DNA from: Narcine bancroftii
Taxonomy: Eukaryota
Length of the DNA stretch: 64,000 bases
Assembly (NCBI RefSeq): GCF_036971445.1
Contig: NC_091469.1
Location: 421,476,001-421,540,000 of the forward strand
Direction: 5' to 3'
Below are positions 35,751-49,400 of this stretch, in pieces. The position numbers were made by a program, and so were the translations under genes. Each line of letters opens with the position of its first letter. Within the stretch, counting starts at the first letter, position 1. The notes under the pieces are model-generated. The model had not been told where the DNA came from. It saw only the letters and a program-made list of their open reading frames with translations, and did no database searches.

Positions 35751-38700
35751 GTAAGGCCCACGAGTCATTCCTCACTTTGCAATTCGGTATATTTAAAAAA
35801 AAATCCTTTTAAAGACTGAAACCTGGTTTCTATTATTTTTTATTTATCAAAGTTAAAGCACATGGCGCAAAAGAGACAACCATTGGAATATCTTATCGAA
35901 ATGCTACATTGGATATACATTTTCTAAAAACAATTTTATGCTTTGGAATTGTGAAATATGCTTGGTTTTTTTTAAAGGGGATATCCAATACTACCGACGC
36001 GATACGCTGTGGTTAATTTGATCGACAGTCGAGTTATTGGTTCAAATTGTTTCAGGAAAAAAAAACCCAAATATTAACAAATAAGCCACGTTGTTTGATC
36101 GATATTTTATAAGATACCAAAGAGTTGGAATCCTGTGTCCGTTTAACAAAGGCACATTTTATGGAGTGAGAAGAATACATCACTTAAGTTTAAATTCCAT
36201 AAGGTGCCAGTTGCAGCCACGTCGACGGTTTTCTCGGACCGATCAATTGGTTAATTGTTTTAACCATGCATAATTTTAAAGTATATTTAAAAATAGTGAT
36301 ATTATTTGGAAATAATCTGATATTAATCTATTGAGCGTTCTTCGCTGGTGCTAAGTTGGAGACGTCGTAATTATTAGGTTTTATTTCTGTGCTTAAAGGG
36401 GGAAAATCAGACATTCTTCGAGTGTGAGCAGACAAGCGTGTCTATTGTTATTAGATCTTAACGCGGTGGTTGTCTTTTTGGGACAGAAACAGTGTTGTCT
36501 GACTTAAAATGTGAAAATGTGTCGATATTGATGTTTGCTGTCAATTGTGGGCTCAATGCTGCCACCGTGTGTTTGGAGTGTGAATAGAACTGAGAACTGA
36601 GCGGCGTCTCTTTCTGGGCATTTGTTGCTGAATCAATGGCTGAGTTCAGTTCTCAAATTAACCGTTGCATAAGTTGTTTTGCAGACTTGTTCTGTTATCA
36701 TTATTTTGCTTACATAATATCTGAATGTTCTGAGTTCGAGTAAGGAGCTCGGTGAAACTAATTTACACGAAATTAATGTTTTAAATGTTAAACAGTTTTA
36801 ACTATGCGATAATTAGGTTTTAATTTTGCGCGCAAAATACTAATAACGCCCACCCTTGTGAAGTGGATGTTTGGTACATCATTAGAAAAATATAAAGATT
36901 TTGAATAATTGTACATTTCCAAAGCAATCCTACCTTACATTTTGAACTCTATTTGATCTTTTGTAATATATGGCAAATATGAACGTAAATGCAAACTTGT
37001 TTGTGGTTAGAAATAGAAAAAAAACTAGAATAAAATGAGTTTGTGATTAATGAAAACTTAATCATTTTATATAAATCATTTTATATAAATTATCGTATTA
37101 AGTTCCAACAATAATCCGCAGTTGCGATGGCAATGGACGCATTTGTACTGTAATATTCAGAAATAAGAGTGAACTCTAATTTAGCAAAGACTTAAATTAA
37201 TCCAAAGCTTCAAGGTAAAAAGAAGCTTTTTCGATTTACCGAGATTTCGGTGGACAAGGTCGTTTTGTATAAAATGTTGGTCCAAATTTATTAAAAATAC
37301 GTATATTCAGAGGCTGAAAAATCCATGCAATCATTAAAATGCTTCCAAGATACATTGAGTTTTTGGAGCGTGTTGTAATTTAGAGAAAATTAACGGATTA
37401 CCGCACTTATTTGCACGAGATACATTTAAAAAAAATAACATGTTAACGAGAAATGAGTACAGAGCAATGAGCAACATGAAGTGCAGGTAGGTTGCCATCT
37501 TGAATCACGGCTCGAATTTCAGTTTCAGAGATTGCATTGTGTTAATTTAAATGAATACTGTGTGTGGCTTCATGTGTGTTTAAATGTTATTATATTACAA
37601 AATATTTATTGGACAAAAGAGTGATTCTTGCATTTTAAGATAATGATTAGCGTCAAATCAAGGCACCAGATATATAATAAGTGAAGAAAAGCGCAAAGTC
37701 TTTATGATTGAAATTATATCTGCTGCAATTTTTAGGTGCAACATTTTCACTTTCATGACGAAGTATCTTGTCCAAAAATTTCCCTCATTAAGTAGACAAT
37801 AAAATTTAATGTACATATTAGTGTATTTGACAGCAATCTAACTTTGATTTAAAATTAGACTGGCGTTATTTTACTTGAAAGGTGAGAACATTCTCAGCAT
37901 TAATTTCCAGGTTCATCGTTTAATATTATTATTGCGAATGTTTTGCTATTTGTGGAAATGTTAACACGTCAACGGAAATGGTACGATGGAATGTCGATAT
38001 TTTAACCTCTCCCAGCCAAATTATTATCTAGCTACAAGTTACAGTAGAAGGAAAATTATTTGGCACTGCATTTTCGAAAAGATCCATGACAGTGTTTTAA
38101 AAAATATGAACTGTAAAGGGCAGTATGGTAGTCAAAATGATTTGCGTCGTTTTCGGAAGACAAACAGAGATTGGTGTTTTTAAAATGTGTTTTCTGAGAT
38201 CTTCTGTGGCGATTTACCCCATTCTGTGTTCACAGTTTCATTATATTGCCTTGTTTTATTCAGTTTTCCTGAGACATGGTCGAGCAGAATTGTGAAGTAG
38301 TTAATAACTGTGCGACCTAACAGGAAAGTAATAGGTATGGATTACACGTTGCCCTTTTATCCATCTGATAATGTGATATTTTATCTTCACTAACTTGTGA
38401 AGATTTCCCGATTTAAGAGTACAGTAATATTGGTGGGAGGGGGAAGGGCAGAGGGGGTGGGTTCAAAATTCTGCATTCATGCTTCAACCATGAATCAACG
38501 AAAGCTCAAAATAATATCTAAAAAAAAAATCATAAACAGAAGAGATCAAACGTGGATGAGATCATGTCAAATTTATTAAAATCTTATGTACAATTACAAG
38601 AGAAGGACCGCACGAGGAACTGGAACACAAGGTAGAATGCTACCGAACAGTAACTGGGGAACGCAGTAAGCGTCGGCCTTTCATTCAGAGGATTCGAACT

Positions 38701-40495
38701 AGCGTGGTCTTGCACATTTCCCTCCATACTCCTGCTGTATTTATACTCACACCTCCAACAGCTACAGAATTTGATTTCGGCAGGCATTCCGTTTTTATTC
38801 CAGTCTATACTGAGAAAAGAAAGACAGATAGCAGGTTTCAGTATAGAAAAAAATATATATTTCGAGGCATTTTAACAACTTGCAATAAATGAAAGATCAT
38901 AATTTCCAAACATACATTTTTTTAACATTCGAAGATTAAATTAACCGATTACTAAACATCGCATTGATCACTCGCGGTAACTTGCCATCATTGTCCTATA
39001 ATTGCTTTGTTTCGAATTCGCTTACAAGATCTTTAACTATATTTACAACAACACTTAAATTTTCCCCATTTAAAATCCATGAGCTCATACATTGTGTATA
39101 TGCACTGTTTACACCAACCTAGATACTTCAAAGTCCGTGTTAATATTGTTGTCAATAAAAGAAATCTAACGAGATAATGAGATCTTTAGTAAGGAACCCT
39201 TGGCTTCAGTCCTTTCACTGCGATCTGATGCCGCGCTCAGGGCGCAGTAAGTGCTCTGTTATTCCAAAACACAAATGACTCCACCGAGATGCTCAAAAAA
39301 TCCCTAATTATTGCAAAAAAGCAACACTACGCTATTTTATGGTCGATAAAACCCTAACAGCGTGCAATTATGGAAAATCGAAGTTGGGATTTGGGGAGTT
39401 ATAGGCAAATTTCAATCGCGTACAATTAAAATAAAATTCTGATGGAAGGGAGCCCATATGCAGACATGTCAAGTATAAAACGGAGCTTCATCGTGCTTGC
39501 AGGTCGGTTGGCCCTTTGAATTGTCTCCGTGCACATTTTGTTATGTACTTTTCTCAAGAAGTACTGTAATGTTTATAACCAAATGCACATGTAGATACAT
39601 GCAAGCTTTAACGAAGAGCGCTGATGCAATAACAATCACTCCCACACACAATTACTGTGAAATCTTTCAAAGATGAGACATGGTGTTGTGCTCTTCTGTT
39701 GGGATTTTCTTTACAAGAATACCAAAATTAAATCTATAAATCATCTTGCTGAATATATACTTTTATTGCTATGCTCTTTTTGTTTACTGTGTCTCTTCAC
39801 TGAAAGCAGAAATCAGGCACGATTGGTGTTAACCATGTCTTTCTCTACTCGCTGTTGTTCTTTGCCGTATTTAAAATTGGAGATAAAAATATTATTCCAG
39901 AGACTGATTTCTGATATTCCTCAAGCTAACCAAAAGGGACACTGTGCCTGCAAAAAGAAAAATCCAAATGTAGAACAGAATGAAAACAAATAATCTATCC
40001 TTATATTATTATTAGCCAATTTAAACTGTCATGTACATCTACATATAATGCATGCGGACTGAAATGATAATTTGTTACTCTATTTCTATTTTCTAACATC
40101 TGTCTTCTGGTCAATGTTGATCCAGCTATTGTTGAATACGTAATGCAGAGTCATATTTCCATGTGTTAGGCTATATGAAATATGCATGCATAACTATATT
40201 CTGCAACCTAATAGGGTTCTCATTGGGCCACTAATATTCTATTAGAACCACCTCTGTTATAGTTCAGAACTGATTTGGTTGTTTGTAACTTTGCTAGCTC
40301 AGTCGTCGGATCTCCAGGGAGTTTTTTGAACTAAAGTCGTTTTCTATTGGCCAGACACTGATCAGCTGGTTATATTTGCTGCTGTCGCTTTGGCGCTCGG
40401 CCATCCTGAAACAAACCACCTCGATGACTACTAATAGCTAAACCACATTGTGTACTAATACATAACAAATCATATTACTACAGAGTGTGGAGCAA

Positions 40496-40925
40496 ATGAG
40501 TTCGTATTTTGTGAACCCTACTTTCCCTGTTTCACTGCCCAGTGGCCAGGACTCATTCCTCGGACAGATTCCACTCTACACAACGGGCTATGATGCTCTA
40601 AGGCACTTTCCAGCTTCCTATGGGGCAACTACCCTCCAGGACAAGAGTTACTCGTCACCTTGTTATTATCAACAATCCAATTCAGTGATAGCTTGCAATC
40701 GGGCATCGTATGAATATGGAGCATCTTGTTTCTATCCCGAAAAGGATCTGGCCAGTATTTCGCCATCCGGTAGTGGAAAGCATAGATCCCAGGATGACTT
40801 CTTTTCCTCTGACCAACATTACAAAACAGATTGTGCGCAAAACAAAATTTTAAGTGAAGAAGGAAACGACCGGAAGTACAGTACTCCAATTTATCCTTGG
40901 ATGCAACGAATGAATTCAAGTTCCA
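40496..40925 (+). CDS. hoxa6: HoxA6 exon 1
   Basis: [28 protein letters not shown] and [10 protein letters not shown]. Donor TCCA|gtgagt, phase 1. Confidence 0.94.
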
Positions 40926-40964
40926 GTGAGTATATTTTAATAGAATACAAAATAAAAACTTTAG

Positions 40965-41387
<423 letters not shown>

Positions 41388-43040
41388 GAGCGAAAATTCA
41401 AAGGAAGTTACCCTGGGCCTTTCTGTTTGGTAGTGAGTTATTATGTGCTCATTCTGCTGAACAGTTCAGAAAAAAAATAATCGTATATCTGTTTGTTTTC
41501 GTTGTTCATCTTCTTGAGCCTGTGTCAATGTATAATTGGTAGAGGAAGTGTTCAAATAATTCGCATTCCATAGGATGCAATAATTATACGGTGTAGGATT
41601 AATTGTTTTATAAATACAAAGTGTGAATGTTTCTGCTTCTCTAGTCGTTACTATGTGATGGGTTGCTCACGAATAATGTTCCAATTGTTTCAATGGATAG
41701 TTTGCTCCGTAGATATAATTTGACAGTTTTCAAATAAATGAACGTAGTAGATAAGCCCATTTGCTAAATGATAAATATTGTATTATATATGTCCATAATT
41801 TGCCTCAATTTTAGTTACTTCTGGCTTATTAAGAAGGCACAGTATTCACTCAGGTCATCCCATTCTTTATCTACAAAGAAAACAATTATATTTGCTTTTA
41901 TCAAGTTATTCGAAGGATAAACTAAACGAGGCTGTTAACGCTTTTTGAGGTCAAAATGTCTTCAATATATATTAAGATATACATTAATATATAAATAAAA
42001 TTAAGGAGCCCGCTTTATAAGAATTTAACCTTTAAAAAAAGCTGCCGAAAACTTTTGTATTAAATAAGCTGTGAAAGGAAACTTAGCACTGTGAAATTGA
42101 TCGGTAGATGTCCTTGTTTCAGAGCAAAAAAAAAAATGGACTGTATACGTGGTAGGAATGACTATTTGGTTTCTGGGTCCATTAAATAGGGCAATTTTCA
42201 CTAGATGCACAAGTAAAGACGTAGCCAGAGCCGCGATTAAATGATAAACATTTTTCATTATGTTTATTGAAGCAAACCTAAAAATGGTATCAGGCACAAC
42301 GCTCGTGTTTTAATTAGGTGGATGACTATTTGTAAAGTGCGCTGCCTTTTGTTAGATAATGTACAGCATTTGTTAATCGAACCAATACAAACTGCTGTGT
42401 CAAAATATTATTTCCAAGTAAATTGGTCACAAAACCACGTTTATATACCAGTGGAAAGGGGGTTCTGGCTTCGGGTGTAATGTGTAACAAAGTAAATTGG
42501 AAAGATTTAAACGCATTTTCAATATACGTGACATGAGTTTTAAGAACGCGGAGATTGGTTTGAGAGTTAAGTGCGGGGTTGCCTTCGAAATTTCCCCAGA
42601 CTGCCGAAGAACTCTAACATTATGAGCAATGCAGACAAAACAACATTTTTAAATAGCATAACAGATTAAAAGAATTAGCTTTTTGATCCTGTACGGTACT
42701 GATCCTCCCTTGAACTTATTAGCGACGACATCCCAAACGTACGAAAGTCACAAAATGCATAACTAAAATTCAACCTACTTAAAAAAAAATAATGAAAACG
42801 TCGAATCCTATCTGTATCGTTATCAACGCTACCTATTTAAAAAAAAACCCAGCTGGCGTGGATTAAGTAAATGGACTGTTGTGCGGTGTGAATCTGTTTT
42901 TTTGAAAGATGTACTTCTCATTGGTTTTTGTGATTTATTCTACGAAATGTAACGGTTAAGTTTGCAATGTGTGGTAGCCCTAATTCGACCCGAGGCCGAT
43001 TTCGCCGTTCACCAGAAGCACATTCACAGAGCCTCCGTCT

Positions 43041-43054
43041 CCAGAGGGTGGCGC
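43041..43054 (+). promoter_or_regulatory. CTCF site between HoxA6 and HoxA5 (CBS5|6-like)
   Basis: CCAGAGGGTGGCGC, one mismatch to the core, in the CpG-rich HoxA5 promoter region. Confidence 0.65.
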
Positions 43055-43175
43055 GCAAGGACAACCCAAAGCGAGTGCTGGGAGCAGCAGGCGCGCCCCC
43101 GTGCGCGTGCCCCGCTTTCTTTCTTCCTCGCAACCTTCCAATTTGTAGCCACAGTGCACGGATTTACCTCTAGAG

Positions 43176-43315
43176 NNNNNNNNNNNNNNNNNNNNNNNNN
43201 NNNNNNNNNNNNNNNNNNNNNNNNNNNNNNNNNNNNNNNNNNNNNNNNNNNNNNNNNNNNNNNNNNNNNNNNNNNNNNNNNNNNNNNNNNNNNNNNNNNN
43301 NNNNNNNNNNNNNNN
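43176..43315. other. Assembly gap (N run) in the HoxA5 promoter
   Basis: 140 Ns. Confidence 1.
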
Positions 43316-43374
43316 GACGCACAAACGACCAAGAGCCACAAATCAAGTAAAAAATAAATAAATAAAAAAATCAA

Positions 43375-43951
43375 ATGAGCTCTTACTTTGTAAACTCATT
43401 CTGCGGTCGCTATCCAAATGGCCCGGACTACCAGTTACATAATTATGGAGATCATAGCTCGGTGAGCGAGCAATACAGGGATTCTGCAACGATGCATTCC
43501 AGCAGGTACGGCTACGGCTACAATGGGATGGATCTCAGCATTAGTCGTCCAGCATCTAACCACTTTAATGCCAGTGAAAGATCTCGAAGCTACTCTGCAG
43601 CAGCAACAACAGCATCGGCGGGACCAGAAGCAGGAGCAGACTCCAGGTACAACCAACCTGCCACGTCCACTCAGTCTCCTTCACCTGACCCTCTGCCCTG
43701 CTCCGCCGTGGTCAGTCCGCCTGCCAGTGACAACCACCCCGGAATCAAAAACTCCATAGCAAGCCCAACTACCTCCTCAAATTCTAGCAGCAGCAGCAGT
43801 CAAATCAGTAGAGATGGGGTTGGCACGTCGCCTGGTACTGAGGATGACACCCCGGCAAGCAGCGACCCTCCAAGTTCACAGAACGGGCAAGGCGCAGCAC
43901 AGCAGCAGCCTCAGATTTACCCCTGGATGCGAAAACTGCACATAAGTCACG
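43375..43951 (+). CDS. hoxa5: HoxA5 exon 1
   Basis: [29 protein letters not shown] and [13 protein letters not shown]. Donor CACG|gtaaac, phase 1. Confidence 0.95.
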
Positions 43952-44296
43952 GTAAACTCCCTCCTCTTTCATCTTAGCAATGGTGGAATCTTAAATAACT
44001 TCCCACGTTGTAAATAAAAATGCGCTTAATGTTTACGCTAAGATATCCGTAAGGGTCATAATTTTAAGATGTAATTATAGTTGTGACCATTTGCGCGATG
44101 GGATAAGATTAATAAAGTATCCAGCAGCCCCGTATCAGTAATGTATGGGTAAACAGGAATGAATGGGGTGCTTAGATTTTAAAAGGTGTGGTTGATCATG
44201 GGACAGCTTTGTCCAAGTAGCGACTTTAACATTTTGTTTCAGTTAAGTTTTTGAAGTAATTTTGCTCTAAAGGCAGAGAAGGAGGGCAAATGTTAA

Positions 44297-44650
<354 letters not shown>

Positions 44651-46094
44651 TCAACAGAAGCACTGGGCAGTAGCTGACCAATTAGCATAATGTCAATACA
44701 GTACTGACTTCCAAAAACTCTTTTCCCGTGTTACTTCTATGAAGAAAACCATTTCCATGTTGCCGTATTCCTATTTTTGCATCGTTAGTCTGCTTTCTGG
44801 TCGTACTGTTGCCTGTACAAGTCATTGCTTACAGTATATTGTCTAGGAATAGGATAGCCTTGTGAATTATAGCTGTTTTAACTTATTTATATTAATACAA
44901 GCGGTATTACTTGAAGTAACTGTATAAAATCGTCCAGTAAAATGTAATTATGTGTTGCACTCTGCAAAAAAAGTGTATGTATGTGTTAGTGTTGCTAAAT
45001 GTCAATATAGCTCCAAGCTTGCAATACGTATTTAATTTCAGACCATCGTCCTCTGTATTGGATATCGTAGTGTTAAACCACTGAAATGCTACCTATTCTG
45101 TGTTATTAGTGAGCAGTGAATTTTGTGAAGGGTATTGCGACTTTGAACTGTATGTCTATGCTGTGCCTTTGTATGACTTTGCACGAATTCCAATAAGTGG
45201 CTCTTAGCGCAGCGTCGGTGTATGTTTTTTTTTGTGACAAAGGATAACTATAAAGCCTAAAAGACTAAGAAATTAGTGATGAGCTTTTGTATTTGTTTTT
45301 AAAACTGACTGGAAGTTAAAATAAAGTTTCTATAGTAACTTTCCTGCTCTTTAGCCTCCCAGATAAATATTTCTCGTACGAATGTTGTATTGTGAATTAA
45401 AATATTGCCACTCCTTACGTTTAACACAATTTTTGTCCAAAATTCTTAACAAAAGAAAAAGTTTGGCCTAATTTTATGGCTATTTCGCGAGCTGAACATT
45501 TTGAAGATTGGCTTACTACAGGGATTCAACTTACCCAAACTTGTAAAGACGGGACTTTAACAAACGCATTTCAACATTTCTGATGATTGTAAATGGTAGG
45601 AATTAGTACAGTGAATATTTGAACGTGGTTCTATATTGTAATTTAGTGTCTTACGAATTCAGAAGTGAATGCGTTCGCCGTTTGCATCCTATTCTTTTTC
45701 ACCCAAATTTTTGCGCACCGTTTGCGCATCTGTACTTGTCCAGCTGAACCCCAAATTTCTTTGTGCTGCTGTCACTGTTCAGTGCATTTGAACAAATCGT
45801 GTTTATATAATATATACCTGATTTTTCTGAAACTTTTTTGGTGTGAATCTGAGGTAAAATTGCACCCTGACGCATTTCAACCACTTTGTTCCGCAGGTAG
45901 GCGTTAGCCACGCTCTCTCAACTCCCCCACTAAAGTGTAGCGTAAACTTTTTCCAACAGGTATTTTCACTTTACAGAGTTTACTTACCGCGTGAAAGCAG
46001 GGCAGAAAAGTCGCCACTTAGCTCCTAACAGCAAGGGGAATCAACACTTTCACCCTTTCTGCTGACTGAGTGCTTGTCCTTTAAAGTTATAAAC

Positions 46095-46444
46095 AGTAAA
46101 CTTTTATACACCTCAGTTCCGGCTATATGACATTTGAGTGCCAAATGAATAGGGTTTTGTCTATGAATTAGATCGTAAAATCATCCATAGCACAGACTGA
46201 TAGCCTTACTGGCTATAAAATATCACGTGGTGTCATTAAAGTAAGGTTTATGGTTTTGGGGAGTTGACAACCAAGAGTATATTCTACATAACATATAATC
46301 TCACTGACGCTGGACTTCATTTGGCTCCTTTGCAGATTGCGTGTGCAGACAGGTCACTCAAATGGCTAATCTTCTTGTTCAGAGGACTATCCACAACTCC
46401 ACAACTCCAGTATACAGGAAAGTTGTGTTTTCTTACAAGACAAG
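46095..46444 (+). promoter_or_regulatory. Enhancer/promoter block 3' of HoxA5 with a putative non-coding exon
   Basis: TTTTATA, TCGTAAAA, TATAAAA (46214), CACGTG (46224) and TTTATGG Cdx site. Donor GACAAG|gtaaat at 46444. Confidence 0.5.
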
Positions 46445-49400
46445 GTAAATTTTGTTGAACTATTATCGTTACAATTCGCAAATAAATTTGGCCCAGTAAA
46501 ATAGGCTTTAAAAGGCACCCAGAGTGCATTGAGGCAGGAATGAGGCTGGGTAAACTATGGATGAGTTTAGTTCTGTTTTCAAATCAAGCTTCTATTTTAG
46601 AAACCAGGTAGAAAATTAAAAAGTAATGAATAAGAAAGAATGAGTTACATTAAAGCCGTGTAACAGGTTTTTTGAAAGACACGATTAATTCTTACCGAAA
46701 ACTATTCGCGTTGTTCATGACCTTAATATTATAGACATACAACTCGTATTCTTACCCGCAAGCTCAGATGTTCAGATGTGGGTTTTTGTTTTGCTTATCT
46801 TTGATTTACTTGAGGGGAGTGCTATGATGATGTTGTGACAAGTCTCCTGTTGATGTTATTACAAGGTATATGTTTCAAATGTATTCATTGTCATGCAATT
46901 TGGGAAGTTACGGGACATCGATACTTTAATGAGTAGGGTATAAGTGTTGCTTGAAGAGTTCCAGTATAAACTTAGTCCGCACGAATGATGTGACCAAGGT
47001 ACTCACAAAGTGTATGTCATGAGTCTTTCGCATATCCAAGCAAATCGACCCCTCCCCCAGCCCCTATCTCGAAATAGTAATTTAAACTTTTATGGAGACA
47101 TTCTTTTAAAATATGAAAGTCCAAGTAATATAACTAAAACTGCCAATTGGGGGGAAAAAAAACTACCTAAATTGAGGATTTATCTGAAAGATACTTAGAT
47201 TTGCTAAAAAAAAGTTTTCGAAATGGAGCGAATTGAAGAGTTACTTCACCTTTAACTGTAACTGTTGTAACATTAACGTTGTTTTTGGTGAATTGTAGGT
47301 TTCCCACAGTGGTGGCTAACGAACCATAAACTTTATGACCGTTTTTTTTCATTCTTTGAAGCTTCCGCGTCTGGTGGGTAGACGGAGACTTACACATATA
47401 ATCTAAGGAAGACTGCTTGAAATAGTTTTCTGAACAAGGAATCTTTTAAACTAATTAACATCAAATGTCATTGGGCATTCCATTTTTATCGATATTATCA
47501 AAACTTGCTTATAGTGTAAGAAGTAAAGATAGTAGGGCGGCCACACAGTTAAGGAGGTTGAAAGCAATTACCCTCCAGAACTTCTACTCAAAGCATTCCA
47601 TTGCAATTAGGTCCGTTTTACGATGTGCTATAAAATCCAACAGTAAATAAAGGAAATCGTCCCTGTATCAGTACAGCAGTTCCGGATCGCCATATCAATC
47701 GCGTCAATCTGTTGTAATTTCCTTTGTATTAGTTTATATTTAAATATGACAGTTTAATCTATCATCTGTCCAGGTCACTTAAATGCCTCTTATAACAAGA
47801 CGAAACTATCTTTAGTTTCACTCGTGCTGGAGAGAAATTCAGACTAATATTACATATAATTTTTTAGCAGTTATTATTATTTTTTAACTACATTCCTAAA
47901 CATTAGTAATAATATATTATTTCGATTCATACATTTGGTATAGTTCGCTGATCGTCCGAAAGCATTTCATTTAAAAAAAACCGAGATCTCAATCTAAGCT
48001 AAAAAGGTATGGGGGGGGGGGGGGATCATAATGCAGGGTTAAAGGATTAAATGTTATCTGAAATTGTAAGATTGCGTCATATAGATATTCTGTTGGGACT
48101 AATGATACATAACTGTTCAGGGATTTTTTTCCCCCCTAAAATTGCCGATCATTAAGCCTTCATCAATAAGATGGCAATACTTTCCTTCACTGCCTCCCTT
48201 TTACATTTAGTAAACTGTTCGTGTGCGTGTGGGTGAGAATTAGAGAGAGAAGCGGTGGGCGGGGGTGGTGGTGGGGGTGGGGTTACTCGTTTCTGTCTAG
48301 AACTGTATTTATTTGCCTTTCAGAAGAATTCTGTCTCTGGTTTGAGGCTGCCATTTTGCGTGAACGTGAACAGATATATTTTTAAATCAGGGTTTCTTTA
48401 TTGAAATGTCTTTTACAACGTCTTCTTCAAGAAGTCCCTCAGCCAAAGACATAACACGCAGTACAAAGACAATCTGTTCAGTAGGTCTACATAAATCATC
48501 AATAAATTCAATCTCTGACTGGACCGAACGTTTAATATGAAATTGCAGTTCCTTCAAAATTTCCTTCAAAGAGCTGCGTTGGTATTTGTACATTTGACAT
48601 ACTATTTTCTCAACTTAAACTATTGATTAAGTTTCAATTGAGGCATTTAATTCAGAGCTTTAACGTAACACATCTCAATCTTTTGGCCCTCTTATTAATC
48701 AGTGTTTAAAAGTTTTTTTAAAAAAAAAGCTTTTGTATGGTGTAGCTGACAATTCTCTTATCGCGAAAAACATAAATGTAAAACAAATGAAAAGTTGTGA
48801 GCGGTAAGGAGATGGACGCCATAAAATCTGGAATGCGACGTGCTTACGTTTCGTCTTTGCTAAGGGCATTGAAAGGGCACCACGTTCTTCGACTGCAATC
48901 CGTGCTAGTTTGTCTTTGGACAGAATAGAAGTTTCAATGAGTTCTACAAATGAGATTCTTTATCAAATGCAGAGTAAGGCACTAGCATTTGAATCCAGTT
49001 AGTTTTTATATGCGCAAAACTTTTCCAGCTCTATATTGTGTGAGCCTGCGACAAATTTATCGACGCATTTCAATGGATTTGTGGTTGTTTGGGGGTGGGA
49101 AATGGCAGCTGGCAGCATTGAGATTTCCTATTTATGAGTTAAGTCAGATAATTAACTTGGCATTCATTACAGCATTAAATAATTTAAAGAGGAAGTGGTA
49201 ATACCATTTATGAACGTAACAGATTACAGTTTACTAAAGGAGAAATAAGTATAAATACATGAATGATAATATTATCCACATGATAAATTAATATCAAATT
49301 TAATGTTACCAAGCAAGCTGAGCAAATGCCTTACCGATTTGTTTCCTTTCTATCCATTTAGTCTACTTATTAGGCATTTAGCGGTACAATTTTATGGAAT

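Noticed and set aside
47162-47169. ACTACCTA miR-196 8mer
   Set aside because: It is intergenic and lies beyond the likely HoxA5 poly(A) signal (about 45320), so there is no evidence it is in a 3'UTR.
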